Shown: positions 25,581-38,475, counted from the whole stretch's first letter. The stretch: DNA of 63,416 bases, filler included, from Pelomyxa schiedti (GCA_020536535.1; 13 parts of 13 records of this genome joined end to end with filler, not necessarily neighbours in it); one strand, 5' to 3'. A program made the numbers and translations. The notes: a model not told the origin generated them from the letters alone.

Positions 25581-26518
25581 TTTTTGATGGATGAAATGTC
25601 GTTGATGAAATTGATGCACACAAGCAGGGTCATAAAAGCCACTTATGCAGAATCCTTCCTCGGTATTCCTTCGAACTGCACTGCAGGTGGCAAAAAAAGC
25701 CTGAGCAGATCCGGTTCAGATGTGGGGTGATCTGCCTGTCGGGTTGTTGTTCACAACTCTGAGAGTGTGCCGGAGTGCAAACAACAACCCATGCCAGTTG
25801 TGCGTGGGCTGTGGTTTGCTTTCAAGGTAAACGGTAACAAACTGACGAAAATACAACACAACACAGCTATAGGGAAAAAAAAAAACCCGATGTTGTTTAT
25901 TATGCTGTGCAACAATAAGACCGGTCAATGTCATACCACCAGGCTGAGTGGCAAGACACCAACGTTGGCAACAGTGCCACAGTGGGTGTTTCTCGAAGGA
26001 TAGCGTTGATTTGGTGCCAGACAGTCATTTCTGCTGTCGAAGTTCAGTGACATCGCTGGCAGCACCCAGTGGTGAATTTCTGACAGTGTGTGTTTGGGGT
26101 CTGGGTGGCTGTCACTCCACTGTGTGTTGTTGTTGGCACAGTGGTGGTCGGTGGTTGCCCATCACAGCGGTGTGTCTACCTCTTCTGCTACATGAGAGAC
26201 AACTCAATCGATCGGCTTGGGAATGACACAAACTAAAAATAGGTTTATTTTTGGAATTTTCTTTCATCTTCGGGGACAGGAGATTGTAGTGGAAATAACT
26301 CCGCAAATACTCACAATCCGAAGCACCCAGTAACACACACAGCCGTTAATTCTCTACAAATCCCTCTGACGATTTTCCTCCGTTGTGTCCAGGGGCAAGT
26401 CCGGGTTTGGTGCCGTTGNNNNNNNNNNNNNNNNNNNNNNNNNNNNNNNNNNNNNNNNNNNNTTAATTAATTAANNNNNNNNNNNNNNNNNNNNNNNNNN
26501 NNNNNNNNNNNNNNNNNN

Positions 26519-28073
26519 CTCGGGGACTACGACAGCACCTACCACTCCTGCTTGGATCTCCTCACCTCGTCATCGTCGCCGTCGCAGTCGCAATGTGGGG
26601 CTCCTCCTCCCACAAGTGCATCTGGGATGGGCCACAAGTGGTTCGATTTGAATGGCCTCCTGGCCTCTACGATTGACCCCATCAACACATATGTTGATGC
26701 TGATAACGATGAGAGTGAATTTCAATGCGAATGTACCTGTGGAGGAGGAGGAGGAGGAGGAGGGAAGTGGAGGGCACTGGAACTTCTGGTGCTGAGGAGT
26801 GTGTACCATGGGAAGCCATCACTGTTCAAGGAGTACAGGCCACACCTCGTTTTCCCCTCTGAGGGTTTGAGGATTGCTGTGAAGAATGCCTCCACGGAAT
26901 CACTGCGGGTTCTAAAAGAAGTGCTGGATACGGCTTGTGTGAACAAGCCCAGACCTGATGTGGACACTGCCAGAATGACACAAGAAGAAAAGCGGAAGTA
27001 CGAGGAGGCAAAGGCCATGTGGTGTGCTGGAACCTACCTGAGAGGGGTGTGTTTGTTCCATGGCATCGGGACACCTGAGGACAGGAGTGGGGCATTACTC
27101 CTGGATTTGGAGTGTGAGCCTTATGGGTTCGGGCCATCCCTTTTTAACATCGGATGGTACTATGAGGAAGGGAAAGGTGGTGTTGAGAGGGACTTTGCAA
27201 AGGCCTTCCAGTACTATTTGTCTGCTGCTGAGAAGGGACACACGGGCTCACAAGTGGGCCTTGGGCTCATGTACAAGGAAGGACGCGGTGTAGGAAAGAA
27301 CTTGGAGGAGGCTGTTCGGTTGTTTCAAAAGAACTGTGAGCAGGAGAGTGTCTATGGATACAGCACTCTCGCTTTATGCTTCAAATTTGGCAAAGGTGTG
27401 AAGAAAGATGAAGAAACAGCAACACGGTTGCTGAAGTTAGCTGTGGAACCCGTGGTCACAGCGAAAATTGGGGCTTCAGCCATCAGTGGGCCCCACAGAA
27501 TCACTGAGGCTGTTCCGCCTTGCTGCTGCACAAGGTGACACACTGGCACAGAGGGAACTCGCCAAGGCATTTCTGACTGGACAAGGAACAACCTCACACT
27601 TGCCCAACCCAACACTTGCTGTGAAGTTCTGCAAGTTGGCTGCTGACAAGGGTGACCGGACTGCTCAGGAACGTCTTGGGCTGATGTACTTCGAGGGTGC
27701 TGGTGAGGAGGTGCCAGAGCAGCACCACCTGGCTGTGAAATACTTCAGGCAGGCTGCAAACGCAGGGAGCCTCATGGCACAAAACAACCTGGCACTGTGT
27801 TACAACCGAGGTTATGGCGTTCCTGTGGACCTGAGAGAGGCATTCAGGCTGTACACACTTTCAGCAACATCTGGTGACCGCACAGCACAGTTCAACGTGG
27901 CACTGTGCTACGTGATGAAGGAGGGGGCAGGAACAACAAGGGATGTGAGGGAGGCCCTCAGGTGGTTCAGGCTCGCTGCTGACCAGAACCAAACCACTTC
28001 TGTCACTGTGATGAAGCGGGTGCGAACCGGCACGGACCTACTGACTGCACTAAGGATACACAGTTCCACCTAG
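26519..28073 (+). CDS. Sel1-repeat protein (frame change near 27440-27480: small intron or frameshift)
   Basis: Many Sel1 repeats (SQVGLGLMYKEGRGVGKN, AQNNLALCYNRGYGVPVD) across ORFs 26552-27538 and 27468-28073. Confidence 0.85.
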
Positions 28074-28128
28074 TTAGATTCCCCAGAAAACCATCAACAA
28101 GAGGGAAAGAAGTCCGGACTTTTTTCTG

Positions 28129-28632
28129 TTGATGACGACGAAGATCGAAGCGGTCGTTGACGCGCGGGCACAGTTCGTGGCGTTTGGTTGTGGCTCCATC
28201 ATCGACAGGTGCGGCCGCCGCAGCCCCCCGCGTCTGCTATTTCATCGGCTGCTCGAGGATTTCGGCCGGCAGTGGGTCGTCGGCTGCGTCAGGCAACTTG
28301 GCGCCACGCTGTTTTTCCACCACGACGGCGCAATTTTGGGACGGCTGCCATCGAGGGTGCATGTGTTTGCGGGGCTGAGTTCCACTCTCGGGATCGTGTG
28401 GTGCAAGTGCTGGGGCAAAAGTGGAGGAGGTGGTGATGACACAGTGCAACAATCATCACAGGCGGCAGAAGAAAACTGGCAGGAGAGTGTGGATGCATCC
28501 ACCACCACCACCAGCAGCAGCAGCAGCAGCTTGTGGATGGTCGAGGCCACTGTGGGTGATGACAGGTTCCTGGTCACTGACACCCAACAGTGCCCCAGCG
28601 TGATCGACAGCAGTGGCAAGGTGGTTGCTGCG
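28129..28632 (+). CDS. 5' fragment of a lineage-expanded hypothetical protein
   Basis: DARAQFVAFGCGSIIDRCGRRSP..FGRQWVV..GLSSTLGIV. Cut by the contig end. Confidence 0.6.
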
Positions 28633-28732
28633 NNNNNNNNNNNNNNNNNNNNNNNNNNNNNNNNNNNNNNNNNNNNTTAATTAATTAANNNNNNNNNNNN
28701 NNNNNNNNNNNNNNNNNNNNNNNNNNNNNNNN

Positions 28733-29551
28733 GTGTAAGGGTCCTCTTTGCACGCCTGGGTGATGCAAGTGTCTGTGAGGTAGTACTCGTAGTACATCGG
28801 GTCATTAGTGCAGGTGGTGTCATCGTTGAAGTAGTACTTGATGACTTGCCACTGGGAGCTTGAACTGGCGGCGTCAGCATCGCACTGAACCTTGTACCAG
28901 CCCTCGTAGGAGTCTCCAATGCAGTCGCCCATTCTGTAGTCGTAGTACTCGGTTGGTTCCCAGGTGTAGTCGTAAGTGCTGGTTCCACAAGCCTCGCCGG
29001 AACCAGAAACGGATTGCTGCCACTCGACCATGGCGTGGGAGAACACATCGCACGTCCAGTAGTAGACGTACCACGCTTCGTACCCAGAGGTGTCGTAGCA
29101 GTACTCGCAGGCGTCTTTATTGTAGACGAAGTAATTTGTTACATCGCCCTCGCACTGATCGTCCAAGTCGTCCCAAAGGGTTATCAGGTGATAACTGTCA
29201 TGGAAGGGAAAGATGTAAGAGAAAAGACACAGCAAATATCAAAGCAAGAACAAGGGTGAAGTGAAACACGTACTTGGTGAAGTATGTAGAAAAGTCGGGG
29301 ACGGTATCGAGGCAGCTAATGATTTCGTTGTAGTGGCCGCCGGTGTCGCACTCCTCGGAAGTGCAGGTTTCATCGGAGTCCAAGAGCTCAAGAGTGACGT
29401 AGATCTCATCGTATTGGTCGGAGCAGTGCTCGACTTCCGTGTACGGAGAGGTGCTGTAGTCGTAGTAATAGTTGTAAGGGTAGTATTTGGTCTCCCTCCA
29501 TGTGGCTCCGCAGGCTGCGACAAAGAGTGCCGCAACAAAAAGGACGTTCAT
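28733..29551 (-). CDS. Secreted or surface Tyr/Asp/Cys-rich protein, 3'-truncated, one intron (about 29195-29271)
   Basis: Signal peptide MNVLFVAALFVAACGA. The intron gtacgtg..gacag joins ORFs 29198-29551 and 28681-29235 in frame. Confidence 0.8.
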
Positions 29552-29823
29552 CGTTGTTGACCCCTTTGTTGGATGTTTCGGGTTTGTGTTTTTGTTTAAA
29601 AAAGACGTTTCTACAGATTTCGCTTGGCCTTTAAAAAAGCCAAGGCCGTTAAGTTTTTTTTAGCCTGTTTCCAGAAAATGAAACGAAACAACGTCACAGC
29701 CTATTTTTTTTCCCTTCGGCCAAATCCAAGTGCGGCGAAACCCGCGGATCGCGCCGGGTTGGGCTTTCCTTTTTTGCTAGCAAGGTGCGGGTTGGATCTT
29801 TGTTACAAGCCGCACGCCGGGGA

Positions 29824-31179
29824 ATGTCCCAACAGCCGAACAACAGGCAGTACCTGCCTTCAACCGACTCAGGCACAACCCCAACTGCCGCTGCGCCCCC
29901 CCTTTGCTCCCCACCAAGGGTGTCCCCCTACGCGTCCCTGCCGCCTCTACACTCGGCCACCGACCTGCTCCCCGATGCTTCTTGTTTCCACGAGGTGTCC
30001 GCCTCCCTGCCCTCGCCTCCTCCCTCGTTATCGTACACCACGCGAGCTACTGTTGGGATTGGCACTCCTGCCGCCTCACACGACGGGGGGTCTGCTGTCA
30101 CCCCGGGAACGGGCTCGAGCGTCGGGCGCCGTTGCAGTAACGGGCAGCAGGGAGGAGGGGCGTTTTCGTCGTGGCATTTGTGGGCGCACTCCTCTGGCGG
30201 GCCGAGGGGGAGCCACCGGGCCCGGGCTTCCCATAATCCCGGCACCGAGGCTAGCTCGCCCGCCAAACCGGGGATTTGGGCCCGGTCAAAGTGCTTCTGG
30301 TTCGGCTCCCACACTGGGACGTTCCACTACATGCAGGATTCTTCTTGTGTGCAGGAGCTAGTTTGCTCCGCCTGTGGAGTCACTCAGCAGAGAGTGGTCC
30401 ACACCATGGGCCCAGAGATTTATTCGTCTCTCGAATCCTGCGAGCTCTGCGTATTTTGCACCAGGTGCGCGACCAGGGAGACCCGCGGGATCGAGCACGC
30501 CGCGTTGGAATCCCATAAGTGGTACGAGAAGGACGGCAGCTGTCTTCTGGTCCGGAAGTGCTCCAAGTGTGGCGGCCACCAGGCCTCTGGTTATCTGCAC
30601 GAGTACGGCGAGCCGGTGTACTGCTGCGGGGCCGAGGGATTGCCTACCAAACCGGGTTCTCCGGATATGTGCAAGATGCACCGCATCTGTAGAAGGTGCG
30701 GTGATTCGGAACCCCATGGCGTTTTTCATGTCATGGGGGAGCCGAGCTATTTCACGCCGGGTTCTTGTGTACTGCATTCGAAGTGCAACAGATGCGGAAC
30801 ATTGGAAGAGAGGGGTCTGGTCCATCAAATGGGACCCAGACTCTTTCTTCAGAGCGGGGGCCGGAAAATGGAAATCATCAGTGATACTAGCCAGGCGGAC
30901 GCCGGGGCTGTTGTTCTTTTTGGAGAGAACGGTGCCGAGTCTTCCTCTTGTGAACCGGGTACGAACCAAGGTCAAGGTCTTCCGGGGAGTTGCACATCTG
31001 CAATCTTCTGCCAGCGGTGTGGGTATGCTGAAATCACCGAGAAACATGAGTGGAGTTATCCTCCACCTACAGCCGAAGTAGAATCCTGCTGTAAGCGTGT
31101 ATGCAGAAGATGCGGGAAGATAGATAAGCCTAGAACTGGTTTTCTTCACTCTTGTACTCAATCAATGACTCCCGGCTAA
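29824..31179 (+). CDS. Intronless protein with 7 tandem C-x4/5-C-x2-C-x8/11-H repeats (putative multi-zinc protein)
   Basis: For example SCVQELVCSACG..VVH, SCLLVRKCSKCG..YLH and SCVLHSKCNRCG..LVH, after a Pro/Ser-rich N-terminus. Confidence 0.8.
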   Translation: MSQQPNNRQYLPSTDSGTTPTAAAPPLCSPPRVSPYASLPPLHSATDLLPDASCFHEVSASLPSPPPSLSYTTRATVGIGTPAASHDGGSAVTPGTGSSVGRRCSNGQQGGGAFSSWHLWAHSSGGPRGSHRARASHNPGTEASSPAKPGIWARSKCFWFGSHTGTFHYMQDSSCVQELVCSACGVTQQRVVHTMGPEIYSSLESCELCVFCTRCATRETRGIEHAALESHKWYEKDGSCLLVRKCSKCGGHQASGYLHEYGEPVYCCGAEGLPTKPGSPDMCKMHRICRRCGDSEPHGVFHVMGEPSYFTPGSCVLHSKCNRCGTLEERGLVHQMGPRLFLQSGGRKMEIISDTSQADAGAVVLFGENGAESSSCEPGTNQGQGLPGSCTSAIFCQRCGYAEITEKHEWSYPPPTAEVESCCKRVCRRCGKIDKPRTGFLHSCTQSMTPG

Positions 31180-31321
31180 CCTACTCCTTACAGGCACTTA
31201 GAACGCCTCCGCATTACACAACTCTATGATAGAGCCACACCATTACTGTATAATCCCGGCACCTTACCTTATCACGAAAATGTACAAAGAAATTCAAAAA
31301 AAATAAATTGTTTTTATAGTG

Positions 31322-32782
31322 TTACAGACACTTAACATTTTCCTTTCCTACTCTTTCTTCTATGATTCGCTTGAATTCTCTCTCCATGAGCTCAGAAAGG
31401 GAATTGAAAAAGTCTTCCTCAGTCCCGCCTCCTTTCTCAGCAGACAAACACAAGTACTCGAGCAGGCTGGATTCCAAGCCATCCATCACTCCTTTGGTGG
31501 CGATCCTTCCCATTTCGTACACTGTTAAACCAGCCTTAGCACCTTTCTTCACCAGCATAGTTCCGATTTTGAGAGTTTTCACGCATTCGCTCCTTAGTCC
31601 TAGTGAACGTGCCTCCTCAATGTCCCGTTCCAATGGTATGGCCTCTATGTAGTCCAGGGTGCGTTGGGACAAGGGTTGTTTACACTGTGGCCAAGTCAAC
31701 CACTCAAACCATGCATCACCTACATGGGGATATGCTGGTAATACATAGCCATGATCGATGGGTACAAGTGTCGTCCCGACAGCATCTTTTTCGGTAGAAG
31801 AGGTGCCAGTTGCTTCATCACAGCCTTCTTTAGCAAGTAGAATATTACCGCCGTGCCTGTCAGTGTTGAATAACCGCAGATCTAGAAGTGCAATGGCATG
31901 CACCCTTTCTGTGTCAAAAGATCGGGGCCCAATATCCCAGGCACACAGTTTATGCGATACGAACTGCTGTAGAGAGCCATACTTGAAAGGAGTTGTATCA
32001 CTGTGGGGAAGTTTAAGCCCACACCAAAGCGTAAGCGGAACACCCGCGAAGTGATCGTGATCGAGCCTATATGCTAGTACCTCTTTCATAGCACCTTCTC
32101 CAGGAGTAAACCCGGGTCTTGGTAACTTTGCGGCGCTCCCGTCGGGGTAGTCCTCTGTGTCTACAGACTCAGGTGCTTGACGGGGGTTCCCAGAGCAGCC
32201 AGGCTCTTCGTCACGTGGCTTAAAAACGGCGATTTTGGTGTGAGAGGAGGCTGGGGACATCATGAAATAGGTGCCACCACTTCCGTCCTTGGTGAGTACT
32301 GGATCATGAACTTCAAGTCCTCGTTGCACAGTATGTACAAGGAGATGGCCTTCATCATCCGGCTCGGGAAGCGGAATAGTGGGGGCGGAGCTTTGTTCCG
32401 GGATAACCTCAGATCTTCCTTGTTCCGTAATAACCTCAGAGACTCTTTCGCAATCGCTACTAGCTCCAGACTCGGGCTTTGGTTCAATCAACGCAGGAAA
32501 CCCAGATTGGTCGCAGTAGTCCACAAGATCTGCCTGTTGCGTAGCTGCCCTAGTGCCAAAAAGCAAAGTCCGGCGCTTCAGAGATCTCGAGTGATGGCGG
32601 TGCTTAGACTTCTTCCCCTCAACGGCGAGTGCAACTACGCACGCACGGTTCTTGTCGATAGGGATGACAATCAGCACGACGTTTTGGGTAACTGGCTTTG
32701 TCCGCTTGGTTTTGCCCAGTCCATCACCAGTGCACTGAGGGGGCTGATCCCAGGTCATCACAACAACAAGCGCTTCCGTCAT
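31322..32782 (-). CDS. Type II phosphatidylinositol 4-kinase (PI4K-gamma-like)
   Basis: GSGGTYFM, AVFKPRDEEP, GEGAMKEVLAYRLDH, GSLQQFV, LDLRLFNTDRHGGNIL, LVPIDHGYVLP, FEWLTWPQ. Confidence 0.92.
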   Translation of the reverse strand: MTEALVVVMTWDQPPQCTGDGLGKTKRTKPVTQNVVLIVIPIDKNRACVVALAVEGKKSKHRHHSRSLKRRTLLFGTRAATQQADLVDYCDQSGFPALIEPKPESGASSDCERVSEVITEQGRSEVIPEQSSAPTIPLPEPDDEGHLLVHTVQRGLEVHDPVLTKDGSGGTYFMMSPASSHTKIAVFKPRDEEPGCSGNPRQAPESVDTEDYPDGSAAKLPRPGFTPGEGAMKEVLAYRLDHDHFAGVPLTLWCGLKLPHSDTTPFKYGSLQQFVSHKLCAWDIGPRSFDTERVHAIALLDLRLFNTDRHGGNILLAKEGCDEATGTSSTEKDAVGTTLVPIDHGYVLPAYPHVGDAWFEWLTWPQCKQPLSQRTLDYIEAIPLERDIEEARSLGLRSECVKTLKIGTMLVKKGAKAGLTVYEMGRIATKGVMDGLESSLLEYLCLSAEKGGGTEEDFFNSLSELMEREFKRIIEERVGKENVKCL

Positions 32783-33059
32783 GTTCGTTCAGATCTCACA
32801 CAACTCGCCCACGATGCGTAGTCACACGCTTGTTTGTTGGTTTTTTTTTTGTTAAGTTATGAAGCAATTAGTTTGTCGGGTTTGTATTAATTTTTTTTAT
32901 GTGGCACATTACGCTTTTTTATGGGGCATCGGCCACGTTTCTCGTCAAGTCACAACGGTTAATTGGCTTTCCAATTGATTATTAACGAAATATCGCAGAG
33001 AGTTAATTGATCGCCAGATGGCAGTCCTTCTAACTTTAGAAAAGCAATTCTAACGCGAA

Positions 33060-36000
33060 ATGAACCGAGGTGAACGGGATAACAATCGCGCGGGGGTTGA
33101 TGAACGTAGACGTAGATTTCTAGACGAAGGGGAGGAGGTTGCCGAGCCGGACTTGGCCGCAATACTGGCAGATCTCGAAAGAGAACGACGGGTGGAGTGT
33201 TTCGTGGAGGACGTGCGGGAACACGGTGTGCGGGTTGCCGTATTGAAGTTTGTGCAGTCGTCGCCGAGTTTTACGGATGACATTGTTGTAATGGCTGAAA
33301 ACTGCATTTTGGCATCTCTTTTGGCATTAAAACCCACTTCTGCAAAGGTATGTTTTGTGGAGGAAAAAGGAGATGAGGGAAAAAATCAATTTACCGTGCA
33401 CAGATAGACTTGATTATGTGGGGAATTGGATTCCGAGCTCCAAATCTTTCTCATCAAGTTTGGAACCGTGTGAAAACAGGATTTTGTTAAATTTCAATTC
33501 CATATAGGAAGTAGTACGGTGTGCTCCAAAGCCTAGTGTTTGTGGCCTAGTTTGGAAGAATGGAGACACTGCCTACAAGTGCAGAACTTGTGAAAGTGAC
33601 CCAACATGTGCCATTTGTGTGCAATGTTTCTCAGAAGGTACCTCAGTCCTTTCTTTCGTTGACTTCTTACATGTTGCCACTCGTAAGGCGACCACACTGG
33701 GCACGACTATAGGATGATTAGTACTGGAGGTGGTTGCTGTGACTGTGGAGACAGGGCCGCATGGCAGGAGTCTGGTTTCTGCAGGCATCACCGGGGTTCA
33801 AGTTCGGACGACCCATCCACTTTTTTACCGCCTGACATTGTCCCAACGTCCACTGCCACATTGCGAGCCACTGCTAGATACCTTTCACTGCTGTTATTGA
33901 AGAGAAAGGGATGTCCCGCAGAATTCCGCACAAAAAGTGATCCATCTGTAGCAGCAGCCCAAGTTGTTGTGGGATGCCTATTAGGGTTATGTAAGGAGAT
34001 GGGAGAAGGCATGGGAAGACTTCTGTCTCTAGCGTTATGTCACATACCCGCCCAGTCATGTTCTCCTCTAAAGGCTATTCTAATCTCGGACTTGGACATA
34101 CCTGATGAACTGCGAAGCCAAATTCATACTCTGTTGTTTCATCTCCTTGGGGACCAGTATTTCAAAGCAGAGTTTGCTCGCTCACTTATTGGCAATTACC
34201 ACCAGTTGGTAAGAAGAGATATGGAAATTGTGGCTGAAGAAAATAATGGCATACTTGGTTTCAGTGTTCAACTTTTTACTGTCAAAGGGTTATCTTGCGA
34301 GATGGTCACCACGGCATCACTCCTTGAGGTTCTTTGCGGCACCACGCTTGAATTTATCCAGAAGAGTCTCACGACAACTTCCTCCACTTCAGAGCGTCCA
34401 TCTGTTTCTGTGAAGGCCCTTTCACGCATACAAAGCAAGTATTGGCGTCTGTTTACAGATTTACACTATGTCCTACAACATGTGGACTGTGCCCAAGCTC
34501 TCCTTTATCAACACCCAATTGCCCTGAAGGACTTCATCAACATTATTTCTTTTTTCCAAGGTATGAACCCGCAGTGTCGTGCTGTGAAAGAGCATGTTCT
34601 GTTTCCTTCCACAGACTGGATTCCAGCAGTAAACTTGGTGAATTTCAACACTTCGATATTTGGTCTCAATGCTTTAAGGAGTCTGAATTTATGACGTTGT
34701 TACCATTACTGATATCAGGAATCTCAATACCACCAAAAATTGCCCCAGTAGATGCCTCAAGGTTGCTTTGCGCCTCCCTTGATTCCTGGCTGTCAGCTTT
34801 ACAACACTCACAATACCGCGGATACGAACTGATAACGTATACCCCACTTGCAGATCCTCTAACATTTCATCTACCATTACACCGATTTGTAGCACAGTTT
34901 TTGAGGTTTGCATCGGCACACTAGTATTCTCGAATTTATTCTTCCCCTCTGCAGAGCAATGGTGATGGACTTCGGCGTTTCTGTGACAGGTTTGGCGTAC
35001 TCTTTTTTCTCATCTCTGATAAAAAAAAGAAATACTTGATAATTGCTCCCCAAATTTCCTTTTGTGCTTCATGCATCACCCTTTAAAAATTCAAGCTGCT
35101 CTGTCCCAGGTATTTCTTTTGTTGGTATGGTAAGGCACTTATACTTTCCCAGATTCGCTTGGGGCTGTGGGTACGAAATGGGTCTGGTGTACAAGAACAG
35201 GCACAGATTTACAAAACCTCCCCCATTTCATGGGATTACGGTTATCGCCTCGATCTTTTCATCATACAGTTTGTTGCATCGCTTTTGCCAGCTTCACATA
35301 TTCTTTCAGTGTTTCTTCAGGCATTTTGTTGCAATACAGGCGAAGTTATATGGTGTGGGTTCCCACAAACCAATGTAGAGCTCGCTAGTGGTGAATCCCT
35401 TGTTCCCCCTGGCACTACCTCCGGTCTTGATAAAGCACAGTGTTCCGGACTAGTTGAAGACTTTCTTTCATTTGTTGTCACAGTTGCCGTTTCTGAACGC
35501 TCACTTTGTGGCATTGTCGATCCCGAATTCTTAATCCGCCGCGAGCTATTGCACTTCCTTGCAATTGCCAATCAAACTCATAGCAGTCTTGAAAAGCATT
35601 TACCTGCAACACTGTCAAAGAACCCTCATTTTGATGATATACTCAGTTCCCTTTCTTCTTTTATCGAACCCAAAGCAATGGAACCAGGGCACTTCGTAAT
35701 TTCTTCCAAGTGCTGGGATGAGTACGATGCATACTTCAGGCACCCAACTTTTTTGTATTCAGTAAAATTTAATATGTACACAGTCGCTACTCAAGGGCTG
35801 AACTTACAAAAGCTGATGAACGGTGTACCAGTTTCTTGAAAACGACGAAGAACACATCACAGATTGTGCCCTGTCCCAAACTGTGTCCAACACTTCCAGC
35901 TTTCAGTGGAATTATTGATCTTCTACACTCTCATGTGTTGCATGGCGTAATTTTTTCAGTTCTGTATCATCATGTGCATAACGGCTGTGCTACCGGTAGA

Positions 36001-38475
36001 TCACTGGTCATTGTGCTGCATATTCTCCAACTAGCCTTGCAAACCTACAGCAAGCCAACACCAACTCCACCAATACACCAGTCCCCAATCGGCACTCTCC
36101 TTGCAGATGAGAAGGATATTATTGCCAATGCTCAAAGCCTAGTTTCACCTCCACATTCCTCATCACGAACGAGCATACTTGCCTTACTTTGTGATATGCA
36201 TAAATCTGCCAGTTTTGCTGCCTATGACTCGGTGATAACGGCGGTACTTCGCAAGTTTGCCCAGTTGGACTCGGAATGTGCCGTAGTTGTTGATGCAGTC
36301 TTAGGCCCATCTACCCAGCCAGCAGTGCCGAGCCGAAAGCGTCTGAGCACTCTTCATGAACGGCAGCAGGCTATACTGTCTCAATTTGCAGCCCAGCAGC
36401 AGGCTTTCGCACAAAAATTCAGTGTTGAAGAAGACAGTGAACCCTCTACAGAACAGTCTTCTGTATGTGTTCTATGCAGAGAGAACGTTGATGACACCTC
36501 GTTACCACTCAATCCTAGTGGAATTGTGGCCTTGTGTCATCAATCAGGTTTACTCTCTCAAGTTGGTAACATTCAAAAAAGTTTTTATCACTTTGAAGGG
36601 GTAAAACTCCCAGATCTTCTGTCAGGTAGTTTACAATTTTCAGTACAACTGAACCAGGAAGAGATAAGAGAAGATAGTGACACTTCAAGCCAGGGTGACA
36701 ATGATAGTTCACTGGAAACACCGAGAGAAGCAAGAGAAGATATCAGAGGACTCAGTGAAGGAGAAAGACAGTTGTGCAGTAAAGCGAATCATGGGGAAGT
36801 AGACATGACAGTTCCTCCATTTGCCATATGTGCAAAGGAACTGATGCGAGACATAGATACGTCAGTAGGAACATACATATCTTCTTGCTCCCACGTTATG
36901 CACCTCAAATGCCTTAACACTTATCAAGCAAGTCTTTTAAAGAGGCATTTAGCTGGAGAGGATCTCCATGTGGACTTGAATTATGGTGAATTTTTTTGCC
37001 CCGCATGTAGAAAGCTTGCGAATTGTGTGATTCCAATTCTCGCAACCTCCGAAATGCCCTCAGGCAGTAGTACCACCATACCTGTTGATCCCACTGAGGC
37101 TGTAAGGAGTGGATTAGTTTCCCTGTCGCATAGAGTATACCAAACTCAAATATGTTGTGTGACTCTTCCCACTTTCGAAACGTGCACATTTCTATCTTCA
37201 GCACTGGCAACAACAATCGGTGTTTTGGAGGTAAAATTACGCAGTGAAACAGACTGTAATTCTACTACACCTGCACTCTTTTCCTGCCTTCCATCACAAC
37301 AAACTGAGCAAATATCACACTTATTTCGGGCTGCTTGCGCTAATTACAGGACCGATTCTAGACTGGAAGATTTGAAGCATGTGCTTCTCACTTCACTTTA
37401 TAACAGAACTCAACTTTCAAATGCACCAGGCTCGGTTTTCACTGCTGACCCCTTCTCTATTTTTGTACATTTAGTATGCATGGGACACCGACCAGTACAA
37501 GAAATACTTTGTCTTGCTTTTGCTGCTGAGATGGCTAAGATCTTATTAGTTGTCCAGCCACTCCTTTCAAGTACCTCTGGCACTTACCAGATCTCAGAAA
37601 CTGAAGATGTACCTTCATTTCCTATATTTTGCGATTTTGTCAAACAGTATTCCCTGAAAACCGGGAATTGGAGTGGCCTGAAGACCGGTACAACTTTAGA
37701 ACAGGCAGTTCCTCTCTATTGCCTCAAGTTCCTCCGACGTGCTGCATTGTTCTTACACCTTACTCTGAACTATCCACCCTCTCCGGATTCTTCATTTTCT
37801 TCTTTGTTGCGATTCTTACACCTTGACTCTGCATTATGCGTTGCACAGACCTCTTCATCTCAATCCACAACAACTAGCGCAGCTGAAGCAACTCCGCCCG
37901 CCGTTCTCACACCCGAGATACTTTCATCCTGGTTTTCCAAGCTCTTTTCCTCGCGAGTGCCCACAACCGTAACCTGCATACCCACAGTGCCCCTGACACT
38001 GCACCCACTGCCGAATTCCTTCTCCCAGCTTTTCTGTGAAGTCACCACCAGCACCTGCACCGCATGCGGCGCCAAGCCCCCCAAAGAACCGGCCCTGTGC
38101 CTCATGTGCGGGAAATTGATGTGCCTGGGTGGCAAGAGCAAACCCAGCGGCACTGGACCTGGAGCAGCAGCAGGCTCCCGAGGGGAATGCTCAGAGCACA
38201 GCCTCACCTGCAGCAAAGGCACTGGGGTGTTTCTGCTGGCCAAGCAAGCTGTCATTGTACTGCTTCTGCCCTCTCGCAAGGACGGCTGCATGTGGGGCAG
38301 TGTGTACCTGGATGTGCACAGGGAAGAGGACCCTGGGGTCAAGCGAGGCAAGCCTCTGTTTCTGGACCAGGGGAGGTGTGCCCAACTGTCCTCGCTTCTA
38401 TTATCCCACGGGGTCGAGGACCTCTGTGCACAACAACGCACCGTCTACCTCCCTAACAACTGGAACGCTATGTGA
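33060..38475 (+). CDS. UBR1/2/3 (PRT6-like) N-degron E3 ubiquitin ligase, multi-exon
   Basis: UBR box CGLVWKNGDTAYKCRTCESDPTCAICVQCF..HTGHDY..GGGCCDCGD; FSVQLFTV; GLWVRNG; RING SCSHVMHLKC..GEFFCPACRKLANCVIP; C-terminal YLDVHREEDPGVKRGKPLFL. Confidence 0.95.

Noticed and set aside
27440-27480. Programmed frameshift in the Sel1 gene
   Set aside because: No slippery site is evident. A 28- or 37-nt GT-AG intron or a simple deletion explains it.
29824-31179. Multiheme cytochrome c
   Set aside because: There is no CxxCH. The His lies 8-11 residues after CxxC and there is no signal peptide.
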